Assembly: GCA_028290945.1 (NCBI GenBank) | Contig: JAQGIV010000084.1 | Span: forward strand, 11,908 to 75,907 | Direction of reading: 5' to 3' | Source: Phenylobacterium sp. | GTDB lineage: Bacteria > Pseudomonadota > Alphaproteobacteria > Caulobacterales > Caulobacteraceae | DNA length: 64,000 bases | Part shown: positions 15,820 through 25,460 of the stretch, piece after piece | Position numbering within the stretch: the stretch's first letter is position 1 | How the letters are laid out: each line of letters starts with the position of its first letter | Translations under genes and position numbers: made by a program | The notes under the pieces: generated by a model | The model's input: only the letters and a program-made list of their open reading frames with translations | Databases searched by the model: none | What the model was told of the DNA's origin: nothing

Positions 15820-17556
15820 ATGATCTTCCTCCTGGCGCTGGCGGCCTGGCTCGTGGCCCTGGCGGCGCCCGTCGCAGCCGCCGAGCGGCCAGCCTGCACG
15901 CCGCCGACCGTCGCGGCCCTGCCGCCCGAGCTCACCGCCGGCCGCGGCGCGCGCCCGCCGTTCGTGGAATACGAGGCGGAGAGCGGCCTCACCAACGGCC
16001 AGGTCATCGGCCCCGACCGGACCTTCGGCGCCCTGGCGTCGGAGGCCTCGGGGCGGCGGGCGGTGCGCCTGGAGGGCGTCGGCGGCTTCGTGGAATTCGT
16101 GCTGTGCCGGCCCGCCAATGCGGTGACCCTGCGCTATGCGCTGCCGGATTCTCCGGACGGGCAGGGCCTGACGGGCCGGATCGCCGTGCTGGCCGACGGC
16201 CAGCGGATCGGCGCGCTGGAGCTGACCTCCCGCTATGGCTGGTTCTACGGCCGCTACCCGTTCACCAACGATCCGAAGGACGGCAAGGCGCACCATTTCT
16301 ACGACGAGGCGCGGCTGCTGTTCGGCCGGACCCTGGCGGCGGGGACGCGCGTGCGTTTCGCGGTGCAGGCGCCGGACGCGGCGGCCTGGCGGGTCCTCGA
16401 CCTGGCTGATTTCGAAATGGTCGGCCCGCCGGGGCCCAGGCCGGCGACGGCGATCTCCGTCCTCAACTTCGGCGCGGACCCCAAGGGCGCGCGCGACTCC
16501 GGCGCGGCGATCGACGCGGCCCTGGCGGCGGGCCAGGCCTCGGGCCGAAGCGTCTGGCTCGATCCGGGCCGCTACCGGGTGGACCGGCACATCGTCGTCG
16601 ACCGCGTGACCCTGGCCGGCGCAGGCCCGTGGTACTCGATCCTCACCGGAAGGGGCGTCGGGGTGTTCGGCCGCAGGACCGGCGGCGGCAGCCATGGCGT
16701 CGGGCTGCGCGACTTCGCCATCCTCGGCGAGGTGCAGGCGCGCGACGACCACGCGCGGCTGGCCGGGGTCGGCGGGGCCATGTCGGCCTCGACGATCTCC
16801 AACCTGTGGATCCAGCACACCAAGGGCGGGGCCTGGTTCGACGGGCCGATGTCGAAGCTCACGCTGAGCGGCCTGCGCATCCTCGACCAGACGGCGGACG
16901 GGGTGAACTTCCATCGCGGGGTGAGCGATGCGGTGGTCGAGGACAGCTTCGTGCGCAATTCCGGCGACGACGGCCTGGCGGTGTGGTCGCACCGGACCCC
17001 CGACGCGCGCATCACCTTCCGCCGCAACACCGTCATCGCCCCGATCCTGGCCAACGGCGTCGCGGCCTACGGCGGCCGCGACATCCGCATCACCGACAAC
17101 CTGGTGGCCGACACGGTGACCGAGGGCGGCGGCTTCCACCTGGGCGCGCGGTTCAAGGCGACGCCCTTCGCGGGCCGCATCGAGCTCAGCCGCGACATGG
17201 CCGTCCGCGCCGGCGTGCTGGACCCGAACTGGCGGCGCGGCGTCGGGGCCCTGTGGCTCTATGCCCTAGACCGGCCGATCGCCGGCGCCGACATCCGCAT
17301 CGAGGACGTGGAGCTGATCGACAGCAGCTACGAAGCCATCCAGTTCACCGGCCAGGCGATCGACGGCGTGGCGTTCGAGCGGGTGCGGATCGACGGCGCC
17401 GGGACCTACGCCCTGCAGCTCGACGGTCCCGGACGGGCGAGCTTCGCCCACGTGACGGCGCGCAACCTGGGGCTCGGCGGCGTGCACGACTGCGCTTCGG
17501 GGTTCGTGGTGGTGCGCGGCCCGGGCGACGACGGCTGGGACCCCAGCGTCTGTTGA
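15820..17556 (+). CDS. Secreted GH87-like alpha-1,3-glucanase (mutanase/mycodextranase-like beta-helix)
   Basis: Signal peptide; RGARPPFVEYEAE...LASEASGRRAVRL, HHFYDE, TADGVNFH, RNSGDDGLAVW, LANGVAAYGG. Confidence 0.8.
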   Translation: MIFLLALAAWLVALAAPVAAAERPACTPPTVAALPPELTAGRGARPPFVEYEAESGLTNGQVIGPDRTFGALASEASGRRAVRLEGVGGFVEFVLCRPANAVTLRYALPDSPDGQGLTGRIAVLADGQRIGALELTSRYGWFYGRYPFTNDPKDGKAHHFYDEARLLFGRTLAAGTRVRFAVQAPDAAAWRVLDLADFEMVGPPGPRPATAISVLNFGADPKGARDSGAAIDAALAAGQASGRSVWLDPGRYRVDRHIVVDRVTLAGAGPWYSILTGRGVGVFGRRTGGGSHGVGLRDFAILGEVQARDDHARLAGVGGAMSASTISNLWIQHTKGGAWFDGPMSKLTLSGLRILDQTADGVNFHRGVSDAVVEDSFVRNSGDDGLAVWSHRTPDARITFRRNTVIAPILANGVAAYGGRDIRITDNLVADTVTEGGGFHLGARFKATPFAGRIELSRDMAVRAGVLDPNWRRGVGALWLYALDRPIAGADIRIEDVELIDSSYEAIQFTGQAIDGVAFERVRIDGAGTYALQLDGPGRASFAHVTARNLGLGGVHDCASGFVVVRGPGDDGWDPSVC

Positions 17557-17563
17557 GCGCGCC

Positions 17564-19099
17564 TCAGGCGCCGCTGAGCGCCGGGGCCGGCTGAACGGCG
17601 TCGGCGGCGGGGCAGTAGCCCTGCACGAAGCGGGCGTGGTCGGGCATGGCCGCGACCCGGTCGGCGATGCGCGACCTGAGGGCGTCCATGCTGCGGATCA
17701 CCTGGTCGAAGGGCAAGCTGTCGGCCAGCCGCTCATAGCCGCGCGGCGCCAGGCCCTGGCCCACATAGACCGCCAGCCAGCTCGGTGGCGCGAACAGGCC
17801 GTCCTTGTAGGCCTCGATCTGACCGCGGTGGGTGAACAGCGCGATCTTCTCCTGCAGGCTGTCCGGCGGTTCGGTCTCGCGGCAGTGGCGCCACAGCTCG
17901 GCGTCGTCGCGGGTGTTGGCATGGTAGTGCAGGATCAGGAAGTCGCGGACCCGCTCGTACTCGACATCCATCAGCCGGTTGAACTCATCGGCCAGCACCG
18001 GATCGACCCGAGCGCGCGGGAACAGCCGCAGCAGGTTCATCACCGCCACCTGGATCAGATAGATGCTGGTGGACTCCAGGGGCTCCAGGAAGCCGCTGGC
18101 GAGGCCGATGGCGACGCAGTTCTTCAGCCACGAGGCGGTGCGCCGGCCGGCGGTGAAGCGCAGCGGCCGGGGATCGGCCAGCGCCGCGCCGTCGAGGTTG
18201 CTCATCAGGGTGGCGGCCGCCGCCTCGTCGCTGATGAAGGCGCTGGAATAGACGTAGCCGTTGCCGGTGCGGTGCTGCAGCGGGATGCGCCATTGCCAGC
18301 CGGCCTCGCGGGCGGTGGAGCGGGTATAGGGGCTGAAGTCGTCGGACCTCGCGCAGGGTACGGCCATGGCCCGGTCGCACGGCAGCCATTTGGTCCATTC
18401 CTCGAAGCCGCCGCCCAGCGCCTGCCCGATCACCAGGGCGCGGAAGCCCGAGCAGTCGAGGAACAGGTCGCCCGCGATCACCTCGCCGGACTGCATGGTG
18501 ACCGACAGCACCTCACCGCGCTCGGGATGCAGGGCCACGTCGACCACCTTGCCCTCGATGCGCTGCGCGCCGCGCGCCTCGGCGAAGCCCCGCAGGTACT
18601 TCGCATAGAGGTGGGCGTCGAAATGGTAGGCGTAGCTGTAGGTCGACTCGATCGCCTCGGGATCGCTGGCCGGGAACTCGAAGCGGTTCTGGCGGCAGGC
18701 GACGATGGGATAGGAGAAGTCCTGGATCTCGTAGGGCCGTCCCGCCTGCAGGGCGCGCGCCCAGTGCTGGTGGAAGGCCACGCCGCCCCACGGTTCCCCG
18801 TGCTTGCCGAACGGGTGGACGTAGGACGAGCCCTTGAAGCCCCAGTCGCGGAACTCGATGCCCAGTTTGAAGGTGGCGTTGGAGGCGGCCATCATCTCGG
18901 GCTCGCTGACCCCGATGGCCTCGTTGAAGTCGCGGATCTGCGGCAGGGTGGCCTCGCCCACGCCGACGATCCCGATTTCCTCGGACTCGATCAGCCGCAC
19001 GCGGCAGATGTTGGGCTTCAGCACGCCGACCAGGGCCGCGGCCGACATCCAGCCGGCCGTGCCGCCGCCGACGATGACCACGTCGATAGGTTTCGTCAT
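17564..19099 (-). CDS. Tryptophan halogenase family flavoprotein A
   Basis: GGGTAGW, GVGEAT, ATFKLGI (catalytic Lys), WQWRIP, FLEPLESTSI. Confidence 0.92.
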   Translation of the reverse strand: MTKPIDVVIVGGGTAGWMSAAALVGVLKPNICRVRLIESEEIGIVGVGEATLPQIRDFNEAIGVSEPEMMAASNATFKLGIEFRDWGFKGSSYVHPFGKHGEPWGGVAFHQHWARALQAGRPYEIQDFSYPIVACRQNRFEFPASDPEAIESTYSYAYHFDAHLYAKYLRGFAEARGAQRIEGKVVDVALHPERGEVLSVTMQSGEVIAGDLFLDCSGFRALVIGQALGGGFEEWTKWLPCDRAMAVPCARSDDFSPYTRSTAREAGWQWRIPLQHRTGNGYVYSSAFISDEAAAATLMSNLDGAALADPRPLRFTAGRRTASWLKNCVAIGLASGFLEPLESTSIYLIQVAVMNLLRLFPRARVDPVLADEFNRLMDVEYERVRDFLILHYHANTRDDAELWRHCRETEPPDSLQEKIALFTHRGQIEAYKDGLFAPPSWLAVYVGQGLAPRGYERLADSLPFDQVIRSMDALRSRIADRVAAMPDHARFVQGYCPAADAVQPAPALSGA

Positions 19100-19238
19100 C
19101 CGGCCCCGCTCCGAAGCGCCGACCCGGACCCACGAGCCCGGATCCCAAGTCTCCGACACCCTATCGCGCGTCCGGCGCCGGCTCCAAGGCCGGCCGCGCC
19201 GCCGGGGGAGCGGCGGCGCGGCCCTAGGCCCGCGGACC

Positions 19239-22200
19239 TCAGTACTTGAGGCGCAGTCCGAACACGACCCGGCGGTCGTTCTGGAACCAGCTGCCGGGCT
19301 TCAACAGGCCGCTGGCGTCCACCTGCTGCTTGATGACCGTCTTGGTGTTGAGCAGGTTGCTGCCCTGCAGGCTGAGCTCGACGTTGTCGCTCACCTTGTA
19401 GCGGACCGAGCCGTCGAGGAAGCCCGCGGACTGTTCCCACATGGGCAGGTAGATGCAGCAGTCCACCGAGGTCACCAGCCACTGCGAGCGCCAGTTGTAG
19501 GCGGCCCGCACGGCCCAGCGGCCCTTCTCGTACATGCCGACGAGATTGTAGGCGTGCCGCGAAAGGCCCTCGAGGGAATTGACCGGCAGGGAGGTGTTGC
19601 TGGTGCCGCCCTGCGCGGTCTGCGCGGACTCCCCGCCCGAAGCGACCTTCAGGTTGGAGTTCGAGATGCCGCGGTTGTCGACGAAGGTGTAGTTCGCCTG
19701 CACGCCCAGGCCGTCCCAGGGGCCGGGCAGGAAGTCGAAGAACCGCTGATAGGCGACCTCGAAGCCCTGCAGGCTGGCGCCCTGGCCGTTCTGCGGGCCG
19801 GTGACCGAGACCGTGCGGCTGACCCCGCCGACCGTCACCTGGCGGTTGTAGGTGCCGTACTGAATGTAGTTGTAGAATTTCTTGTAGAAGACATCGAGGC
19901 TGAAGGACCCGACCTTGCCGAAGTAGTGCTCCAGCGACAGGTCGAAACCGTCCGCCGTGGTCGGCGCCAGGCTCGGGTTGTAGGCGTTGGCGATATAGGT
20001 CGGGACCACCGCGATGGGATTGCCGGCCGCGTCCTTGATCCAGCGCGGATCGCTGAGCGACTGGCCGCCGGGCAGCACCGCCTGGATGCTGGTGTAGTTC
20101 TTGAGCAGGCCGATGTCCGGCCGCGACATGGAGCGTGATGCCGCGAAGCGCAGCAGCCAGTCGTCGGTCAGCCCGATCGTCAGGTTGAAGCTCGGCAGCC
20201 AGTTGGTGTGCGGCGTCTTCACCGTCGAGGACACGCCCGCCCCGGTGTTGAACGGGATCTCCCCGGTCAGGTAGCAGCCGATCGACTTCGGCACCGCCAG
20301 CGGCGGCGCGCCGGGCGGCGGCGCGGTCAGGGTGTGGCAGTCGAGCGTGGTCGACGAGAACGGCCTCGGGGCCACCACCGAGCCGCTGCTGGTGTCGTCG
20401 GTCTTCACATAGCGCACGCCGATGTTGCCGGAGATGCGGAAGCCGCCGATCTGGCTGTCGCGGCCGCCGAACTTCAGCTCAACGAAGGCCGCCTTGGCCT
20501 TCTCGTTGACGTGATCCAGCTCGGAGTCGCGGAAGCAGCCGTCGGTGAGCCCGGTCCGCTGGCAGATCGGCGACCACTGGTCCTGGCCCACGCCCAGGTT
20601 GGCGTAGCTGAGCAGGTCCGCCTTGTGTGCGGCCAGCGCGTCCATGTTGAAGAACACGATGTTCTGGGTCGGGCCGCCGAAGAAGCCGTTGCCGAACGGA
20701 ACCACCTCGTAGAGGCCCGTCGGATAGCCCTTGAAGGCGCCGTTGGGCGAGGTCTTGTCGATGTTCCAGAAGACGTACTGGTTGTTGTTCAGGTTCCAGT
20801 CGTTGGCGATGTTGCCCCAGTTGAAGGCGCTGTAGCGCACCCGCTGGTCGCGGTCGGCGTAACGGATGCCGAAGTCGAGCGCGTTCAGCCACTCCGACTG
20901 GAAGCGGTACTCGCCATCGAGGCGCAGCGCGGTCTCGGTCCCGCTGTCGCTCTCGGTGTGGTCCATGACGTGGTTGTAGCGGTAGTTGTCCGGGTTGCTG
21001 AGGCCGCCGGGCGACTGGTTGATGTTCGAGGGCGGCAGCAGGGTCATCACCGGCTGCGAGCCGGTGGCGTCCAGCTGCAGGTTGGCGAACGAATATTGCC
21101 CGACCTCGACGTCGTAGTTCTGCACCGTCGAATGCACGTGCTGGACGTCGAAGTTGAACTTCCACTGGTCGTTCGGCGTCCACTTCAGGTGGATGGCCGC
21201 GTCCTCGGTCATGTCCTTGGTGTTGTTGAACCGGCTCACCGCGTTCAGGTCGTTGCCGCGCCCCGGGAAGGCGCAGGCCGTGCCCTGCCAGGAATAGCAG
21301 GGGTTCAGCATGTTCCGGCCGGTCGAGTTGAGCGCGATATTGCCCGCGTCGCCCTGGTTGGTGTCGTTGCCGGGCGGGATGCCCCACCAGCTGTTGCCGG
21401 TGGCGTTGGGACCCGTGCAGCACTGCAGGGTGGTCAGCACGCCGCTGCGGAAGTTGCCGGCGTCGTCGAAGGTGAACGAGCTGCCCGGCGCCGGCACCGG
21501 CGCCTGCTCGGGCTTGAAGGCGTTCGAATAGACGGTGTCGACCGGATTGCCGAACGGGTCGCTGATGTAGCTGACCAGGCCCCGTTCCTTCCAGGTGTCC
21601 TCGAATTCCGACCGGTTGTACTGGGCGGTCAGCAGGAAGTGGTGGTCGTTGTCCTGCCACTGGCCGGCCAGCGCCACGCCCTTGCGGACCCGCTCATAGT
21701 CCACGTCGCGATTGGCGATGCTGGCGGGGATGTACTTCAGGCCCGGGCCGAACAGGTCCTTGAAGACGCCCATCTGGCCGTACTGGACGCCCTGCGACTT
21801 CGTCTTCACGTCCGAGTAGGCGAGGTTGGCCAGCAGGCCGAACTCACCCATCGAGGTCTGCCAGCGGTCGCCGACCATGCCGGAGACGTCGGGCGTCCAC
21901 TTCTTCGACAGGTCGCCGTAGTTGCCGTTGATGCTGAGCGCCAGGATGCGGCCGGTCTGGTCGAACGGCACGCGGGTGCGCAGGTTCACCGTGCCGGCGA
22001 TGCCGCCTTCGATCAGGTCCGCCGTCTGGTTCTTGTAGACGTCGACCCCGGCCATCAGCTCGGGCGACACGTCGCCCCAGCCCAGGCCGCGCGAGGAGTT
22101 GGCGCTGAAGGTGTCGCGGCCGTTGAATTGGGTCAGCACCTGCGGCAGGCCGCGCACCAGCACGCCGGACGGCTCCGCCGAGAAGTGCGAGGTGTCGTCG

Positions 22201-22520
22201 CTGGCGGCGAAGCGGTTCACGGTGATGCCGGGAACGCGCTGCAGGGCCTCGGCGATGGACTTGTCGGGGAAGGCGCCGATGTCGGTCGCGGTGATCGAGT
22301 CGACCACGGTGTCGGCGTTGCGCTTGATCTCCTGCGAGGTGGCGAGCGCTGCCCGCACGCCGGTGACCACGACCTCCTGGACGGCCGGCGGGTCGGTGGG
22401 CTGGGCCTGGGCCGACGCGGCCACCGGGGTCAGCGCCAGCGCCGCTGCGCCGAGCGCGAAGACCGAGGCGCTCTGCGTCAGGGCTCGCCGAAAGACAACC
22501 CTATCGTTGGGCGTGCTCAT
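19239..22520 (-). CDS. TonB-dependent receptor (glycan uptake)
   Basis: EVVVTG, DSITATDIGAFPD..IAEALQRVPG plug, C-terminal FGLRLKY. Confidence 0.95.
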   Translation of the reverse strand: MSTPNDRVVFRRALTQSASVFALGAAALALTPVAASAQAQPTDPPAVQEVVVTGVRAALATSQEIKRNADTVVDSITATDIGAFPDKSIAEALQRVPGITVNRFAASDDTSHFSAEPSGVLVRGLPQVLTQFNGRDTFSANSSRGLGWGDVSPELMAGVDVYKNQTADLIEGGIAGTVNLRTRVPFDQTGRILALSINGNYGDLSKKWTPDVSGMVGDRWQTSMGEFGLLANLAYSDVKTKSQGVQYGQMGVFKDLFGPGLKYIPASIANRDVDYERVRKGVALAGQWQDNDHHFLLTAQYNRSEFEDTWKERGLVSYISDPFGNPVDTVYSNAFKPEQAPVPAPGSSFTFDDAGNFRSGVLTTLQCCTGPNATGNSWWGIPPGNDTNQGDAGNIALNSTGRNMLNPCYSWQGTACAFPGRGNDLNAVSRFNNTKDMTEDAAIHLKWTPNDQWKFNFDVQHVHSTVQNYDVEVGQYSFANLQLDATGSQPVMTLLPPSNINQSPGGLSNPDNYRYNHVMDHTESDSGTETALRLDGEYRFQSEWLNALDFGIRYADRDQRVRYSAFNWGNIANDWNLNNNQYVFWNIDKTSPNGAFKGYPTGLYEVVPFGNGFFGGPTQNIVFFNMDALAAHKADLLSYANLGVGQDQWSPICQRTGLTDGCFRDSELDHVNEKAKAAFVELKFGGRDSQIGGFRISGNIGVRYVKTDDTSSGSVVAPRPFSSTTLDCHTLTAPPPGAPPLAVPKSIGCYLTGEIPFNTGAGVSSTVKTPHTNWLPSFNLTIGLTDDWLLRFAASRSMSRPDIGLLKNYTSIQAVLPGGQSLSDPRWIKDAAGNPIAVVPTYIANAYNPSLAPTTADGFDLSLEHYFGKVGSFSLDVFYKKFYNYIQYGTYNRQVTVGGVSRTVSVTGPQNGQGASLQGFEVAYQRFFDFLPGPWDGLGVQANYTFVDNRGISNSNLKVASGGESAQTAQGGTSNTSLPVNSLEGLSRHAYNLVGMYEKGRWAVRAAYNWRSQWLVTSVDCCIYLPMWEQSAGFLDGSVRYKVSDNVELSLQGSNLLNTKTVIKQQVDASGLLKPGSWFQNDRRVVFGLRLKY

Positions 22521-22603
22521 CCTGTCGTCCTCCCAAAAGGGCGGAGCTTCTGGGGCCCCGCGCCTTTCCCAAGCCTGCGTCCGTCGCCGCCTTGATCGGC
22601 TAC

Positions 22604-22615
22604 GACAGCGCTGTC
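22604..22615. promoter_or_regulatory. LacI-type operator 2
   Basis: GACAGCGCTGTC upstream of the TBDR. Confidence 0.8.
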
Positions 22616-22914
22616 ATTTCAGTTCCAAATAAAGCGGCACAATCGTGCCGCGCCACCCCGACGTCACCGAGGTTCCGTCGCCGACACACTAACGACGCCT
22701 GCAACGGTGAAGCTAGACCTCGCGCAAATTTTTTCCGTCAAGGCCCCCAAGGCGTGACATTTTCGACACTTCGTTGTTCTGCGGACCGACTTCCCGCAGG
22801 ACGCGTGCCCTACCTGATCTCCAGCGGCCGAAGCGCCACTCGCCGCGTCAGGCGCCGCCGCGCCTCTGCGAAAACCCGAGCGGATCCTCAACAAAGGCCG
22901 TCGCGCGGCAAATT

Positions 22915-22926
22915 GACAGCGCTGTC
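22915..22926. promoter_or_regulatory. LacI-type operator 3 overlapping TTGACA -35
   Basis: TTGACAGCGCTGTC upstream of the MFS-glk-GH97 operon. Confidence 0.82.
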
Positions 22927-22994
22927 GGACCCGACCTAGTGTCGCGTGGAACCCGCGCCTTGGCAGCACGAGCGGCGGGCAGTCGAGGAAACCT

Positions 22995-24395
22995 ATGCCC
23001 CCGCCCCCAGCTCCGACCGGCGCCCCCAGCGCCCGCGCGCCCGACGCCGGCTTCCAAGCCGCCCGCAGCACGGCCTGGCTGCTGCCCTTCGTGGTGACCC
23101 TGTTCTTCGCCTGGGGCTTCGCCACGGTGATGATCGATTCGCTGATCCCCAAGCTGAAGGGGGTGTTCGCGCTGAACTACGCCCAGTCGACGCTGATCGC
23201 CTCGGCCTTCTTCATCGCCTATTTCCTGGTGTCCCTGCCGGCCGGCGCCCTGCTGGCGCGGATCGGCTACCTGAGGTCGATCGTGGTGGGGCTGGTGGTC
23301 ATGGCCATCGGCTGCCTGCTGTTTTCGCCGGCCGCCTCGGCGGGCGTCTATTGGGGTTTCCTGGCGGCGCTGTTCATCATGGCCGCCGGCATCACCACCC
23401 TGCAGGTCGCCGCCAACCCGCTGATCGCCATCCTCGGCGCGCCGGGCAAGTCGCACTTCCGGCTGAACCTGGCGCAGGCGCTGAATTCATTGGGCACCTT
23501 CGTCGGCCCCTTCGTCGGCGCGGCCTTCATCCTGAAGAGCGGCGTGACGCCGCCCGATCCGCACACCACCGCGCCGCAGGTGCTGGCCGCCTATCGGGTC
23601 ACCGAGGCGCACGCCGTGCAGGCGCCGTTCCTCGGCATCGCCGCGGGCCTGGCGGTGCTGGCCCTGGTCTTCTGGCTGTTCCGCAAGAACCCGGACGTGC
23701 CCACCGCGGCGAGCAATGAGGTGGGTCTGAAGAGCTTCACCCTGCTCAGGCGCCCGCGCCTGGCGCTCGGCGTGCTGGGCATATTCCTCTATGTCGGCGC
23801 CGAGGTGACCATCGGCAGCCTGATGGTCAACTACCTGATGCAGCCGAAGATCCTGGGCGTGACGGCGCAGGCCGTCTGCCGGGCCGTGCCCTTCGACCAG
23901 CTGCGGCTGGTCTACCCCTGCATCCACACCGCCGCCGACGCCGGCAAGATGGTGGCCTTCTACTGGCTGGGCGCCATGGTCGGCCGCCTGGTGGGCTCGG
24001 CGCTGCTGTTCGCCAAGGTCCCTGCCGGCCGCCTGCTCGCCGCCTGCGGCCTGGGCGCGGTCGCCCTGGTCAGCGTCTCGATCCTCAGCGACGGCTGGAC
24101 GTCGGCCTACGCGCTGATCGCCGTGGGCCTGGTCAACTCGATCATGTTCCCGACCATCTTCACCCTGGCCATCGAGGACCAGGGCAAGCACACCGGCCAG
24201 GCCTCCAGCCTGCTCTGCATGGCCATCGTCGGCGGCGCGGTGATCCCGCCGCTCACCGGGCTCGCCGCCGACCGCATGGGGCTCAGCCTGGCGCTGTTCG
24301 TGCCGGTGGCCTGCTACCTGCTGATCGCCCTCTACGGCGAGTTCAGCCACTCGCGCCGCGCGCTGGGCGACGCGCCGGTCGTGCTCACCCCATGA
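22995..24395 (+). CDS. Glucose/galactose MFS transporter (GluP/FucP family)
   Basis: LFFAWGF, LQVAANP, RLNLAQALNSLG, FLYVGAEV, SIMFPTIF. Confidence 0.9.
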   Translation: MPPPPAPTGAPSARAPDAGFQAARSTAWLLPFVVTLFFAWGFATVMIDSLIPKLKGVFALNYAQSTLIASAFFIAYFLVSLPAGALLARIGYLRSIVVGLVVMAIGCLLFSPAASAGVYWGFLAALFIMAAGITTLQVAANPLIAILGAPGKSHFRLNLAQALNSLGTFVGPFVGAAFILKSGVTPPDPHTTAPQVLAAYRVTEAHAVQAPFLGIAAGLAVLALVFWLFRKNPDVPTAASNEVGLKSFTLLRRPRLALGVLGIFLYVGAEVTIGSLMVNYLMQPKILGVTAQAVCRAVPFDQLRLVYPCIHTAADAGKMVAFYWLGAMVGRLVGSALLFAKVPAGRLLAACGLGAVALVSVSILSDGWTSAYALIAVGLVNSIMFPTIFTLAIEDQGKHTGQASSLLCMAIVGGAVIPPLTGLAADRMGLSLALFVPVACYLLIALYGEFSHSRRALGDAPVVLTP

Positions 24396-25402
24396 GCGGT
24401 TCGGACCTTGAACTCGGGCTGGTCGGCGACGTCGGCGGCACCAACGTCCGCTTCGCACTGGCCGACCTCTCGGAGGCCACGCCGCGGCTGCTGGGGGCGG
24501 AGACCTTCCTGCGCGACCACTTCGCCACCCTGCAAGCGGCCATCGAGCACTACCTGCGCGGCGCGAAGGCCTATGGCCCGCGCCCGCGCGGCGCCGTCCT
24601 GGCGGTCGCCGGACCCGTGGCGCAGGGATCGGCGGCGCTGACCAACGGCCAGTGGCGGATGTCGGTGGACGGCCTGCACCAGGCCGGTTTCGCCACTGCG
24701 CGGCTGGTCAACGACTACGAGGCGCTGGCGCTGTCGGTGCGCCATCTTCGCGCCGAGGACCTCGGCCAGATCGGACCGGCGGCGCCGGTGGCCGGCCAGA
24801 CCGCGGCCATACTGGGGGCCGGCACGGGCCTCGGCGTGGCGGCCGCGCTCGACGACGGCCGCGCCGGGATGGTCGCGGCCACCGAGGGCGGGCACGCGGC
24901 CTTCGCCCCTTCCGGTGAGCTGGAGATCGAGATCCTGCGCCAGCTGGCCGGCCGGTTCGGGCGGGTGTCGCTGGAGCGCATCCTGTCGGGGCCCGGCCTG
25001 GTCAACCTGCATTGGGCGCTGGGCCGCATCACCGGGCGCGAGGGGCCGGCGCTCGAGCCGGAAGAGATCGTGACCCTGGCGACGCAGGGCGACGACGTGC
25101 TCTGCGTCGAGACCCTGGACCGGTTCTGCGCCATCTACGGCGCGGCGGCCGGCGACCTGGCGCTGGTCTACGGCGCGCGAGGCGGGATCTATCTCGGCGG
25201 CGGGATCGCGCCGCGCCTGCTGCCGTGGCTGCGGCGCGGGACCTTCCGCGCCCGCTTCGAGGCCAAGGGCCGCTTCGCCGCCTATGTGCAGCCGATCAGC
25301 ACCCAGGTGATCCTGCACCCCTACGCCGCCCTGCTGGGCGCCGCGACCGCGCTGCGGGCCGCCCGCCCACTGGAGGCCGCGAGCGCCGCCCATGTGGCCT
25401 GA
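24392..25402 (+). CDS. glk: Glucokinase
   Basis: GDVGGTNVRF, VNDYEA, GAGTGLG, TEGGH, ERILSGPGL, YLGGGI. Confidence 0.93.
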   Translation: MSGSDLELGLVGDVGGTNVRFALADLSEATPRLLGAETFLRDHFATLQAAIEHYLRGAKAYGPRPRGAVLAVAGPVAQGSAALTNGQWRMSVDGLHQAGFATARLVNDYEALALSVRHLRAEDLGQIGPAAPVAGQTAAILGAGTGLGVAAALDDGRAGMVAATEGGHAAFAPSGELEIEILRQLAGRFGRVSLERILSGPGLVNLHWALGRITGREGPALEPEEIVTLATQGDDVLCVETLDRFCAIYGAAAGDLALVYGARGGIYLGGGIAPRLLPWLRRGTFRARFEAKGRFAAYVQPISTQVILHPYAALLGAATALRAARPLEAASAAHVA

Positions 25403-25460
25403 ACGTCACATCCAGCCGCGCGCCGGACGCGCTAAACATGCCCGCCCCGGAGGCTCCGCC

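Noticed and set aside
22634-22649. CGGCAC-AATC-GTGCCG as a sigma54 promoter
   Set aside because: GG-to-GC spacing is 9 nt rather than the required 10
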